Source of the DNA: Nitrospirota bacterium
GTDB taxonomy: Bacteria; Nitrospirota; JACRHJ01
Direction of reading: 5' to 3'
Assembly: GCA_963733375.1 (NCBI GenBank)
Contig: CAVTDB010000026.1
Coordinates: forward strand, 433,119-497,118
DNA: 64,000 nucleotides
Made by a program: the position numbers and the translations under genes. Of the stretch, positions 1 to 11,051 are shown piece by piece; within the stretch, counting starts at the first letter, position 1; the number at the start of each line of letters is the position of its first letter. The notes under the pieces are model-generated. The model ran no database searches. It was given only the letters and a program-made list of their open reading frames with translations, and was not told the DNA's origin.

Positions 1-965
1 GCGCGGTTGAACTGGAAAAGGCGGCCCTGGATTATGACCGCAGGATAACCAAGGTGCGCAAGGCTTCATCGTCATTCAGCGAATCCCGCTGGGCCATACT
101 CAGCTCGGAGGGCCTGAAGGCGCAGTCGCGCGGAACATGGCTTTCATGCGGGGTAATGACCGTCGCGGAAGAGGATAACGACTCCCAGATGGGATACGGG
201 TTCGATTACTCACGGCGGCTCTCCGGAATCGATTATTTATCTGCCGGGGCGGAGGCCGGAGAGAAGGCGGTCAGCCTTTTGAAGGCCAAGAAAGCGCCGA
301 CTGGAAATTTCCCGGTAATCCTGGAGAACGAGGTCGCGGCGGAATTCCTGGGGGTGCTTGCTTCGTCATTTTCAGGCGAGGCGCTTGTAAAGGGCCGATC
401 GCTTCTGGCTGACAAGACCGGACAGAAAATATTTTCGGAAATCCTGAATATCTACGACGATGCCACCCTCCCCGGCGGGCTTTCCACCCGCCCGTTCGAT
501 GACGAGGGAGTCTATTCCAGAAGGATTCCTTTAGTGCAGAACGGCATGTTCCAGGGGTTCCTGCATAACTCTTATACCGCTAAAAGGACCGGTACCGCCT
601 CCACGGGCAACGCGGTAAGGGCGGGTTTCCGCTCGGCCCCCGGCGTCAGCCCCACAAATTTATACATCGATAAGGGCGGCCTCGACAAGGAAAGCCTGAT
701 TGGCCGGGTGGACAAGGGGCTATTGGTCCGGGAAGTGCTGGGGATGCACACGGCGAACCCGATATCCGGCGATTTCTCCGTAGGCATCGCGGGGTTATGG
801 ATAGAAGGCGGGAAGGTTGCCTACCCTGTCCGTGAAGGCGCCATCGCCGGGAATCTCATCTCGATTTTTTCAGGTATCGATGCGGTAGGAAGCGATTTGC
901 GGTTCGTCGGCAGGCTGGGCGCGCCGTCGCTACTGCTTAAGCCCATCTCCGTCAGCGGGAGCTGA
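1..965 (+). CDS. pmbA: TldD/PmbA family protein (PmbA-like), 5' end outside window
   Basis: Motifs RPFDDEG, STGNA, NPISGDFS, and C-terminal PSLL...VSG; the frame appears open from the window edge. Confidence 0.85.
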   Translation, partial: AVELEKAALDYDRRITKVRKASSSFSESRWAILSSEGLKAQSRGTWLSCGVMTVAEEDNDSQMGYGFDYSRRLSGIDYLSAGAEAGEKAVSLLKAKKAPTGNFPVILENEVAAEFLGVLASSFSGEALVKGRSLLADKTGQKIFSEILNIYDDATLPGGLSTRPFDDEGVYSRRIPLVQNGMFQGFLHNSYTAKRTGTASTGNAVRAGFRSAPGVSPTNLYIDKGGLDKESLIGRVDKGLLVREVLGMHTANPISGDFSVGIAGLWIEGGKVAYPVREGAIAGNLISIFSGIDAVGSDLRFVGRLGAPSLLLKPISVSGS

Positions 966-2222
966 TTTTCTCGTAGAGTTCTTCATCCGCGCCAACACCT
1001 GCGCCTTCCCGTCTTTGAATGCCGCCCATACGCGCTCTCTGCGGAAATAAAGCGTAATTATCGACCCGAACATGACGATGCAGGAGGCGATAAGGGCGAT
1101 CAGGGCGCTCGGGTCGCGGTTAATGTCGAAGGTGATGTATGAAAACGTATCAAGGTCCGCGAACTTGACATCCACGTCAGGGTCCCGAAGCGTATTACTC
1201 TCCGGCATCCTCAGGAAAATCCAGCCGGAGCTTCTTGGTTTTCCGTTCTCCATCACGGTCAGCATGAGCGCCGGGTTCGCCAGGTCATCCGATTGAGAAT
1301 AGGGCACACCATTTTCGTCCACCGCAAAATCATTTATGAAACGGTCGATGCGAAGCCCGTACGGAGTCCCCTGGAGTTCGGCGTAATAGGCTCCTTTTGG
1401 AATTTTTAAGTACCCGCCGGTCTTGAAGGATTTCAGCGATACCTGAAGGATGATGCCTTTAAAATCCTGCCCCAACTCACGCTGGTATATCGCCCCGCCG
1501 CCCGCGAACATCGGCCTGTTCGCTCCGGCGAAGCCATTTTTTATCACGCTGCCGTCGTCCTTTAATGCGGTCAGTTCGCTTCCGTAGTCCTTGAGGCTTC
1601 CGTCACTGCGATAATCCATGCGCACCTTGTCCAGCCGGATATAATAATCTCCTTCCGGGGCCTTCACCGTCTCTCCCTCGTTTATCCTGATGCCGGAATG
1701 CCTGTACCCCGTCAGGCCGCTCACCAGATGCGCTACCAGAAACAGCAGTACGCCTGCATGCACGACATACGGGATAAACGGGAGCCAGCGGTTCTTTTCC
1801 GCGAAAAGGAGGTTGTCTTTGGCGAAGACTTTATACCTTTCCTTCGAAAGCATTGCCGATAACGCCGCCTCCGAAAGCTCCACCGCGATTCCTTTTTCTC
1901 CGCCCGTCTCGATTTCACGGAGGTTGGATAGCGGCTCCTTGTATCTTTTTATGACCTTGGGCAGGCGCAGGACGGTGCAGGCGAAGGTGTTTATTCCGAA
2001 AAGTATTGCGATGAAGACCAGCAGGAAGAGCCACCAGGACTGGGAGAGGTGTTGAAGACCCACGGAAAAAAGAAACGGGAAGAACAGATGCATATCCATA
2101 TCCCCGTAAATCTGGGGATGGAGATATATAACGAAGGAGCCGTACATGGCGACGGCGGTCATCGCCAGCACGAGGTAGACCGTGAGCTTAAGCGAGTTAA
2201 AGAATTCCCATAGCTTACTCAA
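930..2222 (-). CDS. Cytochrome c biogenesis protein ResB/Ccs1 (system II); C-terminus probably frameshifted
   Basis: N-terminal FNSLKLTVYLVL, three TM segments, conserved H in VVHAG, large periplasmic domain, RDP before the last TM; adjacent to ccsA. Confidence 0.85.
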   Translation of the reverse strand: MSKLWEFFNSLKLTVYLVLAMTAVAMYGSFVIYLHPQIYGDMDMHLFFPFLFSVGLQHLSQSWWLFLLVFIAILFGINTFACTVLRLPKVIKRYKEPLSNLREIETGGEKGIAVELSEAALSAMLSKERYKVFAKDNLLFAEKNRWLPFIPYVVHAGVLLFLVAHLVSGLTGYRHSGIRINEGETVKAPEGDYYIRLDKVRMDYRSDGSLKDYGSELTALKDDGSVIKNGFAGANRPMFAGGGAIYQRELGQDFKGIILQVSLKSFKTGGYLKIPKGAYYAELQGTPYGLRIDRFINDFAVDENGVPYSQSDDLANPALMLTVMENGKPRSSGWIFLRMPESNTLRDPDVDVKFADLDTFSYITFDINRDPSALIALIASCIVMFGSIITLYFRRERVWAAFKDGKAQVLARMKNSTRKSAPADGDGLKQ

Positions 2223-2234
2223 AGACCGCGCCCC

Positions 2235-3014
2235 TTAAAGCTGGTGAGTGTTCTTCATGAAAATGCCCACGCCGATGTATGTGAACATGGTGATGGCGAA
2301 CCCCAGGATGGAAAGCCATGCGACCCCCCTGCCCCGGAGTTTCTTTACGTAAAAGGAGTGCAGGAAACCGGCATAAAAAATCCATATAAGGAACGACCAC
2401 ATCTCCTTCACCTTCCAGAGCCAGTAGGTCCCCCAGGCGAGGTATGCCCAGATGCCGCCTATTACCATGGATATAGTGAACAGGATGTAGCCGTAGTAAG
2501 CCGTGCGGAAGATAAGTTTTTCCAGCCGTCTTCCGGCCTCCGCCTTCGAGACGAGGTAGAGCACCGCGCCAGCGAACGAAGCCCCGAAAAAAGCATATCC
2601 CACGAAAGCCGAACCGACATGGGTGGAGAACATCCAGGTATCGAGGGCGGGATACAGAGGCGTAATCTCGCTGGGAGAAATGCGTACCAGGACCATCACC
2701 AGCGAAGCTAAGGGGAGGAGAAAATACCCGACGCGGAACTCCTTATAGCGGATTCTGACATACCAGTAAACGAAGCCGATGGACCACGCAAAGGAGGCAA
2801 GGGATTCATACCTGTTGGCCATCGGCGCATGGCCGGACTTTATACTGCGGGCGGCAAGCGATACAGTCATCGCCAACAGGTACAAAAACGCCAGCGCCTC
2901 GGCAACCAGAAGGACCGGCTTCTTTGCCATAGCCAGCCGTAACAGGAATGCCAGCGCCGCGCCTATTGATAACCACAGGGCCGCCTCCCGCGCGAATGGC
3001 TCAAGGTCAAACAT
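2235..3014 (-). CDS. ccsA: Cytochrome c biogenesis protein CcsA/ResC
   Basis: GHAPMANRYES, WMFSTHV, WAYLAWGTYWLWKVKE (WWD-type domain), FLH; start taken at ATG 3014. Confidence 0.9.
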   Translation of the reverse strand: MFDLEPFAREAALWLSIGAALAFLLRLAMAKKPVLLVAEALAFLYLLAMTVSLAARSIKSGHAPMANRYESLASFAWSIGFVYWYVRIRYKEFRVGYFLLPLASLVMVLVRISPSEITPLYPALDTWMFSTHVGSAFVGYAFFGASFAGAVLYLVSKAEAGRRLEKLIFRTAYYGYILFTISMVIGGIWAYLAWGTYWLWKVKEMWSFLIWIFYAGFLHSFYVKKLRGRGVAWLSILGFAITMFTYIGVGIFMKNTHQL

Positions 3015-3112
3015 GCGCTTCCATGAAAGTCCCTTGAATGATTGATTCAGCAATTGATTTTGACCTTGGAAAATATTAATACAGAAGGGGAAATTATTCA
3101 AGAGAAAACGAG

Positions 3113-5335
3113 TCAGGCGCGCCTTAAGCGAAGAGAGTTGGTGACGACGGAAACGGATGACAGCGCCATCGCGGCGGCGGCCATTACGGGTTTTAAGAGG
3201 ATGCCGAAGAACGGGTACAACGCTCCCGCAGCCATGGGGATTCCGACGGTATTATAGAAAAACGCCCAGAAAAGGTTCTGCTTTATCGTCCTTAGCGTCT
3301 TCCGGCTGATCTCCAGCGCATCCGCCGCCTTGGTCAGTTCCGGCCGAATCAGCATTATGTCGGAGGCCTCTATGGCGACATCCGTCCCTGTCCCGACCGC
3401 AATGCCTATGTCCGCACGGGCCAGGGCGGGCGCGTCGTTTATGCCGTCCCCCACCATCGCGACTATTTTCCCCTGCGCCTGGAGCTCCGCCACAGCCTTT
3501 TCTTTCCCGTCCGGAAGCACTCCCCATATTACCTTTTCGATGCCTACCTTGCGCGCCACCGCCCGCGCCGCAAGTTCCGTGTCTCCCGTCAGCATTATCA
3601 CATCCAGCCCCAGGGCCTTTAACCTCCGGACCCCATCCGCGGAGCCTTCCTTTATGCCGTCGGCGATTGCGATCAGTCCGACGGGCTTTCCATTTTTTGC
3701 GACAAATATGGAAGTATACCCTTCCTGGGCAAAACCGGCCTCGGCGTTCTCGAACCTCCCCGTTTTCACCCCGCGCTCTGCCATCAGACGGGCATTTCCG
3801 ATGAGAATATCATCATTGCCGACTTTCGCGCGCGCGCCGTAACCCGGTAGTGCTTCAAATCCTTCCGCCTTCGATACCGCCAGCTTTTCCTCGCGCGCCT
3901 TCTCCGTGACCGCCAGCGCCACGGGGTGCTCGGAATAATTTTCTACCGACGCGGCCAGGGCAAGAAAATCTTCATCCCCCTCCCCCAGCTTCTCAATCGC
4001 CATCACTCTCGGCTTGCCCTCAGTAACCGTCCCGGTCTTATCCAGCACAATGACATCCGCCTTTGCAAACCGCTCCAGCACGTCTCCGCCCCGGAATATT
4101 ATACCCTTCTCCGCGGCCCTTCCGGTCCCGACCATTATCGCGGTGGGGGTGGCAAGCCCCATTGCGCACGGGCATGCGATAATAAGCACCGCAATAAAAG
4201 CCAGCAGGGCGAAGGTAAACCCCGCCCCGGCGGCAAGCCAGGCTCCAAAGGATATGAATGCGGCTACAATGACCGCCGGAACAAAATAGGCCGCCACCTT
4301 ATCCGCCAGCCTCTGTATCGGCGCTTTAGCGCCCTGGGCCTCCTCCACCAGTTTTATTATCCCTGCCAATACCGTATCTTTTCCTACCTTTTCGGCCTTA
4401 AACCTGAAGCTTCCCGTTAAGTTTAACGTCCCGCCAAACACGCTGTCGCCGTCACTCTTTTCGGCGGGCAGGTTCTCGCCGGTAAGCATGGACTCGTCCA
4501 GGGACGAGAAGCCGGAAATAACAGTCCCATCCACGGGCACTTTTTCGCCTGGACGAACCACAACCTCGTCGCCCGGCATCACGTCTTCCGCGGATACCTC
4601 AACTTCACGCCCGTCCCGCATAACTCGCGCCGTTCGCGGGGAAAGCTTCATCATCCGTTTCACCGCCTCGGACGCCCTGCCCCGGGAACGCGCTTCAAGG
4701 AACTTCCCGATCAGGATAAGGGCTATTATCATCGCGGAGGTATCGTAATACACGGCGTCGCCATATTCAGCGAAAGCGGCCGGGAAGAAGGTGATAACGG
4801 CGCTGTAGAAATAGGCCGCGGACGTGCCGGTCGCTATCAGGACGTCCATATTGGCGCTCCCGTGGGAGAGGGTGCTCCACGCGCCCTTGTAGAACCTCCA
4901 GCCTGCCCAGAACTGCACGGGCGTTGCCAGCGCGAAAAGGATGAGGTTCAGGACGGGGTGCGATACGGGCAGCGCATATGCCCCGTGGAAAGACGCGGCC
5001 ATGATTATGGCGCTTAAGGCAATGCTGACTATGACCTTGATCTTCAGCTCGTGAAGTCCTTCTTCCTCCCTTGCTTCTTTAACTTCGGGGGCGGCCTCCT
5101 CTTTCTCAAGGACCTGGTATCCCGCTTTTACAACCGCTTCCTTTAATTCATTTTCGGATATCTCGCCCGGCACATATTCGACCCGTGCCGTTTCCGCCGC
5201 TAAATTCACATTTGCCTTAATCACCCCCGGCCGCTTCTTGAGCGCCCTTTCCACCGCCGCGGAACAGGAGGCGCAAGTCATGCCGCCTATGTTTATCGTG
5301 CTTACGGCATCCGCTTTTTTATCATTTTCCGACAT
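3113..5335 (-). CDS. copA: Cu(I)-exporting P1B-1 ATPase
   Basis: [34 protein letters not shown] and MxxSS motifs. Confidence 0.95.
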   Translation of the reverse strand: MSENDKKADAVSTINIGGMTCASCSAAVERALKKRPGVIKANVNLAAETARVEYVPGEISENELKEAVVKAGYQVLEKEEAAPEVKEAREEEGLHELKIKVIVSIALSAIIMAASFHGAYALPVSHPVLNLILFALATPVQFWAGWRFYKGAWSTLSHGSANMDVLIATGTSAAYFYSAVITFFPAAFAEYGDAVYYDTSAMIIALILIGKFLEARSRGRASEAVKRMMKLSPRTARVMRDGREVEVSAEDVMPGDEVVVRPGEKVPVDGTVISGFSSLDESMLTGENLPAEKSDGDSVFGGTLNLTGSFRFKAEKVGKDTVLAGIIKLVEEAQGAKAPIQRLADKVAAYFVPAVIVAAFISFGAWLAAGAGFTFALLAFIAVLIIACPCAMGLATPTAIMVGTGRAAEKGIIFRGGDVLERFAKADVIVLDKTGTVTEGKPRVMAIEKLGEGDEDFLALAASVENYSEHPVALAVTEKAREEKLAVSKAEGFEALPGYGARAKVGNDDILIGNARLMAERGVKTGRFENAEAGFAQEGYTSIFVAKNGKPVGLIAIADGIKEGSADGVRRLKALGLDVIMLTGDTELAARAVARKVGIEKVIWGVLPDGKEKAVAELQAQGKIVAMVGDGINDAPALARADIGIAVGTGTDVAIEASDIMLIRPELTKAADALEISRKTLRTIKQNLFWAFFYNTVGIPMAAGALYPFFGILLKPVMAAAAMALSSVSVVTNSLRLRRA

Positions 5336-5341
5336 AATTTT

Positions 5342-5370
5342 ATTGTAATCATTCCACTTCGCCAGAGCAA
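5342..5370 (-). promoter_or_regulatory. Sigma70-type promoter for copA (TTGCTC-N17-TACAAT), 6 nt before the ATG
   Basis: Read from the minus strand; no Shine-Dalgarno present. Confidence 0.55.
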
Positions 5371-5371
5371 T

Positions 5372-5397
5372 AAAAAAAGGGGCCCTGGAAGGCCCCT
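5372..5397 (-). terminator. Intrinsic terminator after the YtxH gene
   Basis: AGGGGCC-loop-GGCCCCT hairpin followed by a U-tract on the minus strand. Confidence 0.8.
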
Positions 5398-5420
5398 GAT
5401 TTAAGATTATTTTTCAGGTT

Positions 5421-5738
5421 TTATTTCAAGTGGGACATGAGACGGGATTTTTCCTCTTCCATCGCCTTTTTACCGGCTTCTACCGCACTCTGGAGTACCG
5501 GTTTTTTCTCTTCTATATATTCCCGTCCGCGGCTTAAGGTATCGGCGATTTTAAGCTTCGCGCTCTGGCCCGCTGTCACGATTCTCTCTTTGGCGTCGCC
5601 CGCCATTTCGCCTATCTTCTCCCTGGTCTCGCGTCCCGACTGCGGTGCCGTAAGAAGCGCGACTCCGGCGCCGACTATCCCGCCTACAAGGAAAGAAAGA
5701 ACGATAGAGCCCGTGGAAAAATTCTTCTCTTCGTACAT
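5421..5738 (-). CDS. YtxH domain (general stress) protein
   Basis: FLVGGIVGAGVALLTAPQSGRETRE signature. Confidence 0.9.
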   Translation of the reverse strand: MYEEKNFSTGSIVLSFLVGGIVGAGVALLTAPQSGRETREKIGEMAGDAKERIVTAGQSAKLKIADTLSRGREYIEEKKPVLQSAVEAGKKAMEEEKSRLMSHLK

Positions 5739-6151
5739 TACGCGACCTCCTTTTTTTTCCGTAACCTGATGTTTTCGACTAATGTCTGTACCCCGGCCTT
5801 TATACCTACGAGGTACGCCGCCGCATCGATCAACGACCCCCTTATCTTCTCATCGACTATGTCGTTTATCCCGTCTACCGTGCCGGTTAGCGCTTCCACC
5901 GTCTCCTCGACTTTTTCAACTCCCGACTTGGCGATTGCGACTACTTCGTTCACCTCGTCAACCACATTTCTGACCGAACTTACTAACGGCAATATCTCCG
6001 TGTTTATCAAGGTCTTGACTGACGTGTTAAGGTCATTAAGAGTGGATTCCACCGATTTCAGCGTCCGCATAAGCTGGAATATCGCCGGTATAAGCGCCAG
6101 GGCTGCGACCGCGAACGCGATGGCTATTATTAAAACCGCCACTGGAATCAT
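5738..6151 (-). CDS. DUF948/YoxC-like membrane-anchored coiled-coil protein
   Basis: N-terminal TM followed by heptads; usual partner upstream of YtxH. Confidence 0.75.
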   Translation of the reverse strand: MIPVAVLIIAIAFAVAALALIPAIFQLMRTLKSVESTLNDLNTSVKTLINTEILPLVSSVRNVVDEVNEVVAIAKSGVEKVEETVEALTGTVDGINDIVDEKIRGSLIDAAAYLVGIKAGVQTLVENIRLRKKKEVA

Positions 6152-6180
6152 TCAACCCCTCCCTTACTTTTAAATATACC

Positions 6181-6621
6181 TTAAACGGGCCGTATTAACA
6201 AGACGGCGCAGTGCGCTCTCCTGGCCACTGATTCGGCTACGCTTCCCAGTAGAAGCCTGTTTAAGCCCCTTCTGCCGTGCGTGCCCATGACTATGAGGTC
6301 CACCCCCCTTTCCTTTGCCACGCTTATAATCTCGTCGTGCACGTCCCCTTCCTTCACCAGCATTTCCGGCTGGATTCCGTGCAACGCGGCTTTTTGCTTC
6401 AGGGTAGTCATCAGCTTGTCTGCATGCTCCTGGAAAGCCTCTCGCATCGCCTCAACGTTCGCCATCGCGGCTTCAGGATCGGGAATGGTCAAAATGGTGA
6501 TGTCCAGGGCATAAAGGAGCGTCACCTTTGAGCCCAGTTTGGATGCAAGGAGAAAACCCTGCTCTGCGGCGAGGTTGGATACCTCGCTCCCGTCCACGGG
6601 GATTAAGATATTTTCGTACAT
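6181..6621 (-). CDS. Universal stress protein
   Basis: ILIPVDGS...DLIVMGTHGRRG...LLGSVAESV. Confidence 0.95.
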   Translation of the reverse strand: MYENILIPVDGSEVSNLAAEQGFLLASKLGSKVTLLYALDITILTIPDPEAAMANVEAMREAFQEHADKLMTTLKQKAALHGIQPEMLVKEGDVHDEIISVAKERGVDLIVMGTHGRRGLNRLLLGSVAESVARRAHCAVLLIRPV

Positions 6622-6700
6622 TATAAATTTATAGCAGATGGACGGTATTTAGTAAAGAAAACCCCTTTTGATGTTATATTTAAAAAGAGGAGGGGGAGTT

Positions 6701-7147
6701 ATGCCGCACTTCGGACTGATAGACGAATACAAGATGCAGCCGCACGAGGCCGCGCTCATGCGCGCAAGGCTCCATATTCGGAGCGGCATGAGAAGGCTGC
6801 GCCAGGGCATGCTGAAAGAAGGTCTTTTCACACTTTATGATGCGCTCTATTCCGGGATGAGGTTCTATATTCTTTCACCCGACAATAAGGACAGGTTCGA
6901 CGGCGCGGACGGCATTCAGCGGACGGAGGAGATGGCTTTATATGAAATGCTCCGGCACGCGGGAGTGGTGGACGGCTCTTTCGATTTCGAGTCGTTTTTT
7001 GCTTTAATGGAGAAGTTAATAGACGGGGCCGATGTTGAAATCAACAGCGCGGAAGCGCTGAAAGGCTATGACAAGCTAATGACCCAGCTCGGCGTCATGC
7101 CGTTCGACGAATCGGCCCTTCCGCCGGAGGACCCGACGAAGCCTTGA
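6701..7147 (+). CDS. Hypothetical protein
   Basis: GGGGAG RBS before ATG 6701; coding-like composition; function not recognised. Confidence 0.75.
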   Translation: MPHFGLIDEYKMQPHEAALMRARLHIRSGMRRLRQGMLKEGLFTLYDALYSGMRFYILSPDNKDRFDGADGIQRTEEMALYEMLRHAGVVDGSFDFESFFALMEKLIDGADVEINSAEALKGYDKLMTQLGVMPFDESALPPEDPTKP

Positions 7148-7174
7148 TTATATTTATTTAAGAGCGGAGGTTTT

Positions 7175-8033
7175 TTAGCGTGTTCGACGCGGGACTGCCC
7201 CTTGATTGTCTTTAGTAAAAAGGATGCCGCTTACGACCTCGCCATGCTTGCCAAAGGGCCCCGTCTTCTTGCCGTTCAATTCGGCGGTCACTCCGCCTGC
7301 GTTTCCCAGGGTCAGGACAATCTCGTCGTCCGCCTTTATCTCGATGGTCTTCCCCTTTTTTAAAGTCCCGCTCATCCTTCTGGACTTGTCCGCGCTGTAG
7401 GAGTAGTAGCTATCCGAAGTCGCGAAAAGCTTCAGTAAAAGCGGGCCTGACTTTTGTACTGGCTTCTGCGCCTGCGGTGCGGCGGCGGTATGCGGCTTAA
7501 AAGCAGTCGCATTTTTTAAGGCGGTAGTAGACGGCTTCTGTACCGGCGGGGCGGGGACTTTCCTGATGGCCGCGGGCAGGGAAGGAGGCTGTACTTCCAG
7601 CGGCTTCACCTTGGGAGTCAGCAGGAGCATTATCCCCGTTATAGCCGCACCAAGGATGATTCCGCCAATGATTATCAGATAAATTGGATTTTTTTTCTTA
7701 CCAGGCTTTTCCGCCGGATTCCTTCTGCGGGATATGCTTATAAGAGAAGGCTTCGGATGGTGCTGTACCTCTCCGCCCTCAGGCAGTCGGCACCTCTTTC
7801 GGCGGGAAAAGCTCCCTGTACCGTGCCATTACATCCTTGACGTTCAGGCCCAGTTCTTTCGAATAAGTCCGCAGGAAGCCGATTACGAAGACCTCGCCGG
7901 GAATAACGGAATAGTCGTCTTCTTCAAGCGCCTTAAGGAAGGTGTGGCTTATCCTCGTCTTTTCAGCGATCTCGGTGAGGGAAAGACCTTGCGCCTCCCT
8001 CGCCGCTTTGAGTTCTTCACCGATAGTAGGCAT
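7175..8033 (-). CDS. rodZ: RodZ (HTH-TM-DUF4115), one frameshift near 7785
   Basis: GEELKAAREAQGLSL..IAEKTRI...GFLRTYSKELGL HTH, then a TM and LGNAGGV C-terminal domain. Confidence 0.85.
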
Positions 8034-8777
8034 TTATTTCAATAGGTCCAGATATTTATCCGCCTGCGCCGCAAGGTCGGTATTGGGCGCCAACTGTTTT
8101 GCTTTTTCCAGGCTTTCCTGCGCCGCCGCGTTTTTGCCCTGCTTAAAGTATATCAACCCGAGTTCGAAATACGGCTGGGGGCTTTTCGGCGCGGCTTCGA
8201 TGGTCTTCTTATAAAATTTTTCCGCCTCATCCGCCTTGTTCATCTTGTTATACTGGTCGGCAAGGCTATACATTGCGGCCACGTTATCAGGCGCCGCCAG
8301 CAGTGCTTCCCGGAAAGACTTTGCCGCGGCTTCGTGGTCGCCGATGGTGTCATAGACATATCCCAGGTTGACCAGCGCCTGGTCCTTCGTCGGGTAAACC
8401 GGGTTATCTATCGCCTTCCGGATTTCCTTTATCGCGTCAGGATAATCCTTCTTCTGCGCGTATGTGAGCCCCAGATTATGGTGGCCGTCTCCAAAATCAG
8501 GATCGATAGATACCGTCGTTTTGAACTCGTCCAAGGCCTTATCGAAGTTCTTTTCCCTGTAATAGATTATCCCCGCCGCGAAATGCGCGTCCAGGTTTTT
8601 GGGGTTCTCCGCTATCGCCATGTTGAATTCATAGAGCGCGGACTCGTCGTTTCCAGACTCCATCCGGTTCAACCCGTTCTTGTAGTGCGACAGGGATTGC
8701 TGGACTTTAGTCGGACCAGTCGCACAGGCGGGTAGGAATAGTGCGGCGGCCAGGACAAGAAATAGCCGGTTTTTCAT
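8034..8777 (-). CDS. TPR lipoprotein, PilF/Tgl-type secretin pilotin candidate
   Basis: Lipobox LPAC, tandem TPRs, NPVYPT motif; sits directly upstream of rodZ as pilF does in Pseudomonas. Confidence 0.7.
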   Translation of the reverse strand: MKNRLFLVLAAALFLPACATGPTKVQQSLSHYKNGLNRMESGNDESALYEFNMAIAENPKNLDAHFAAGIIYYREKNFDKALDEFKTTVSIDPDFGDGHHNLGLTYAQKKDYPDAIKEIRKAIDNPVYPTKDQALVNLGYVYDTIGDHEAAAKSFREALLAAPDNVAAMYSLADQYNKMNKADEAEKFYKKTIEAAPKSPQPYFELGLIYFKQGKNAAAQESLEKAKQLAPNTDLAAQADKYLDLLK

Positions 8778-9685
8778 CCTATATCCTCAAAAGATGTTAT
8801 TTTTCTGAACTCGCGATAGCGCCCTTCTATTTCCTTATAGTCAAGGCTTTTCATCCTGTTCAGGCTGAAGTCCTCCACATTGAAGGAGGCCATTACGCTT
8901 CCGAAGATTATGGCCTGCCGAAGCGACGCCTCGTCGAAATTCCTCACGTTATCCAGATAACCCATGAACCCGCCAGCGAAGCTGTCTCCGGCTCCGGTGG
9001 GATCGAAAACCGCCTCCAACGGATATGCGGGAGCGGAGAATACCCCTCCGGAGTTGAACATCACCGAGCCGTACTCGCCCCTCTTCACGATAAGGGTTTT
9101 CGGTCCCATCGCCTGTATCGCCCGCGCCGCCTTCACCAGGTTCGGCTCGCCGGCAAGTTCCCTCGCCTCGGCTTCGTTTATCAGCAGGATATCCACCTCG
9201 GCCAGGGTCTTTATAAGTTCGTCCCTTTTCCCGCCAATCCAGAAGTTCATGGTATCGCAGGCTACCAGCTTCGGCTTGTCTATCTGGTGGAGCACTTCTC
9301 TCTGGAGGACCGGGTCTATGTTCGCCAGGAATACGACTTCAGATGAGCGGTAGGCGTCCGGGATTTTCGGTTTAAAACTTTCGAACACGTTCAGCTGGGT
9401 ATCAAGCGTCCTGGCCTCGTTTAAATCAAAACCGTACTCGCCCTTCCACCGGAAGGTCTGGCCTTTGGACTTCTGGAGGCCGGAAACGTCGATGTTCCTG
9501 CTTTTCAGGAAGTTGACGTGTTTATCCGGGAAATCATCGCCCACCACCGCCACCAGCTTCACGGAAGTGAAATAGCTGGCCGCCGTGGAGAAATAGGTCG
9601 CGGAGCCTCCCAGGACTTCGTCTGCCGCCCCGAACGGGGTCTTGACGCTGTCGAACGCTATGGAACCAACCACTAGAAGGCTCAC
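8774..9685 (-). CDS. PfkB family carbohydrate/nucleoside kinase
   Basis: LGGSATY, NEAEA, DPTGAGDSFAGG. Confidence 0.9.
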   Translation of the reverse strand: MSLLVVGSIAFDSVKTPFGAADEVLGGSATYFSTAASYFTSVKLVAVVGDDFPDKHVNFLKSRNIDVSGLQKSKGQTFRWKGEYGFDLNEARTLDTQLNVFESFKPKIPDAYRSSEVVFLANIDPVLQREVLHQIDKPKLVACDTMNFWIGGKRDELIKTLAEVDILLINEAEARELAGEPNLVKAARAIQAMGPKTLIVKRGEYGSVMFNSGGVFSAPAYPLEAVFDPTGAGDSFAGGFMGYLDNVRNFDEASLRQAIIFGSVMASFNVEDFSLNRMKSLDYKEIEGRYREFRKITSFEDIG

Positions 9686-9688
9686 CCC

Positions 9689-10561
9689 TCAGACCTCCTG
9701 TCCCACGTATTTGCCGATGATTATATCGAGCTTGTTTTTAGCCTCTTCAGGTATAAGCTCCGCCGGGGTCATTATTGCGTATTTCAAAGACTCGCCGCAC
9801 GGACAGGAGCGCGAAACGGACAGAGACGAGACCGTGAACTGAATGATTTTTTTCGCCGTCTCCACGTTCTTCTTTAAGATAGCGATTACCGCCTCGACGG
9901 TCACGTCCTCCTCGGTCTCATGCCAGCAGTCGTAGTCAGTGGCAAGGGCGAGCGTGGAGTAGCATATCTCCGCCTCACGCGCGAGCTTCGCCTCGGTGAC
10001 GTTGGTCATGCCGATGACGTCCACTCCCCAACTCCGATATATCCTGGACTCGCCCCTCGTCGAGAACTGAGGGCCTTCCATGCAGATGTACGTCCCGCCC
10101 TTGTGCATTTTGGCCCCGGCCTTCACGCCGGCGTCGTAAAGCGCCCCCGCCAGCTCCTGGCAGACCGGGTCCGCGAACCCGACGTGAGCGACTACCCCGC
10201 CGCCGAAGAACGTGCTGATCCGGTTTTTCGTCTGGTCGTAGAACTGGTCCGGGACGACGATGTCGCCAGGCGCGATATCTTCTTTCATGCTCCCGACGGC
10301 GGAGACGGATATGATGCGTTTGACGCCGAGTTTCTTCATGGCGTAGATGTTCGCCCGATAATTTATTTCCGAGGGAGTGAACCTGTGACCCCGGCCATGC
10401 CTGGGAAGAAACGCCAGCCTTCTGCCCTCCAGCGTCCCCAGGATGAACTCGTCCGACGGCGCTCCGAAAGGAGTATCCACCCGGACGGAGGTGACATCTT
10501 TCAGGCCCTCCATGTCGTAGAGGCCGCTTCCGCCTATTACTCCTATTTCCGCTTCAGGCAA
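9689..10561 (-). CDS. mtnP: S-methyl-5'-thioadenosine phosphorylase
   Basis: IGVIGGSG, LPRHGRGH, EGPQFST, GMT, TDYDCW; TTG start. Confidence 0.92.
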   Translation of the reverse strand: MPEAEIGVIGGSGLYDMEGLKDVTSVRVDTPFGAPSDEFILGTLEGRRLAFLPRHGRGHRFTPSEINYRANIYAMKKLGVKRIISVSAVGSMKEDIAPGDIVVPDQFYDQTKNRISTFFGGGVVAHVGFADPVCQELAGALYDAGVKAGAKMHKGGTYICMEGPQFSTRGESRIYRSWGVDVIGMTNVTEAKLAREAEICYSTLALATDYDCWHETEEDVTVEAVIAILKKNVETAKKIIQFTVSSLSVSRSCPCGESLKYAIMTPAELIPEEAKNKLDIIIGKYVGQEV

Positions 10562-10652
10562 TTTAATTTCTCCTAAAAATATCAACTGAAACAGCCGGAT
10601 TATAAGCCAAAGGGAGTATTTTGTAAAGGGATTTCGGGTAGTTTTAATAGTT

Positions 10653-11051
10653 TTAATACCGGCCGGAGAAATAATCCTCAAGTATACGGGGGTGGTCGAA
10701 ACAGATGGGAGAGGGCAGGCTGCCTTTGGCGAAAACGCCTATGCCCTTTGCGTCGTCGCCCGCTCTCGGCATGCCTTCCGCCCTGGCTATGAATACCGTC
10801 GATATGGTGTGGAAACGGGGGTCCCTTTTCGGGTCGGAATATGTATGGAACTGACGGATCAGCAAAACGTCTAAATCAGTCTCTTCCCTGGCCTCCCGGA
10901 CGGCCGCGGCCTCGGCGCTCTCGCCGTAATCTATGAACCCGCCCGGTATCGCCCAGCCATGCGGCTCGTTCTTCCTCTCTATCAGGACTATCCCCTCCGG
11001 CAGCTCGATTATGATGTCCACCGTGGGGAAGGGGTTCTTCCTTTCAGGCAT
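10653..11051 (-). CDS. NUDIX hydrolase
   Basis: [24 protein letters not shown] Nudix box; SDPKRDPR. Confidence 0.93.
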   Translation of the reverse strand: MPERKNPFPTVDIIIELPEGIVLIERKNEPHGWAIPGGFIDYGESAEAAAVREAREETDLDVLLIRQFHTYSDPKRDPRFHTISTVFIARAEGMPRAGDDAKGIGVFAKGSLPSPICFDHPRILEDYFSGRY

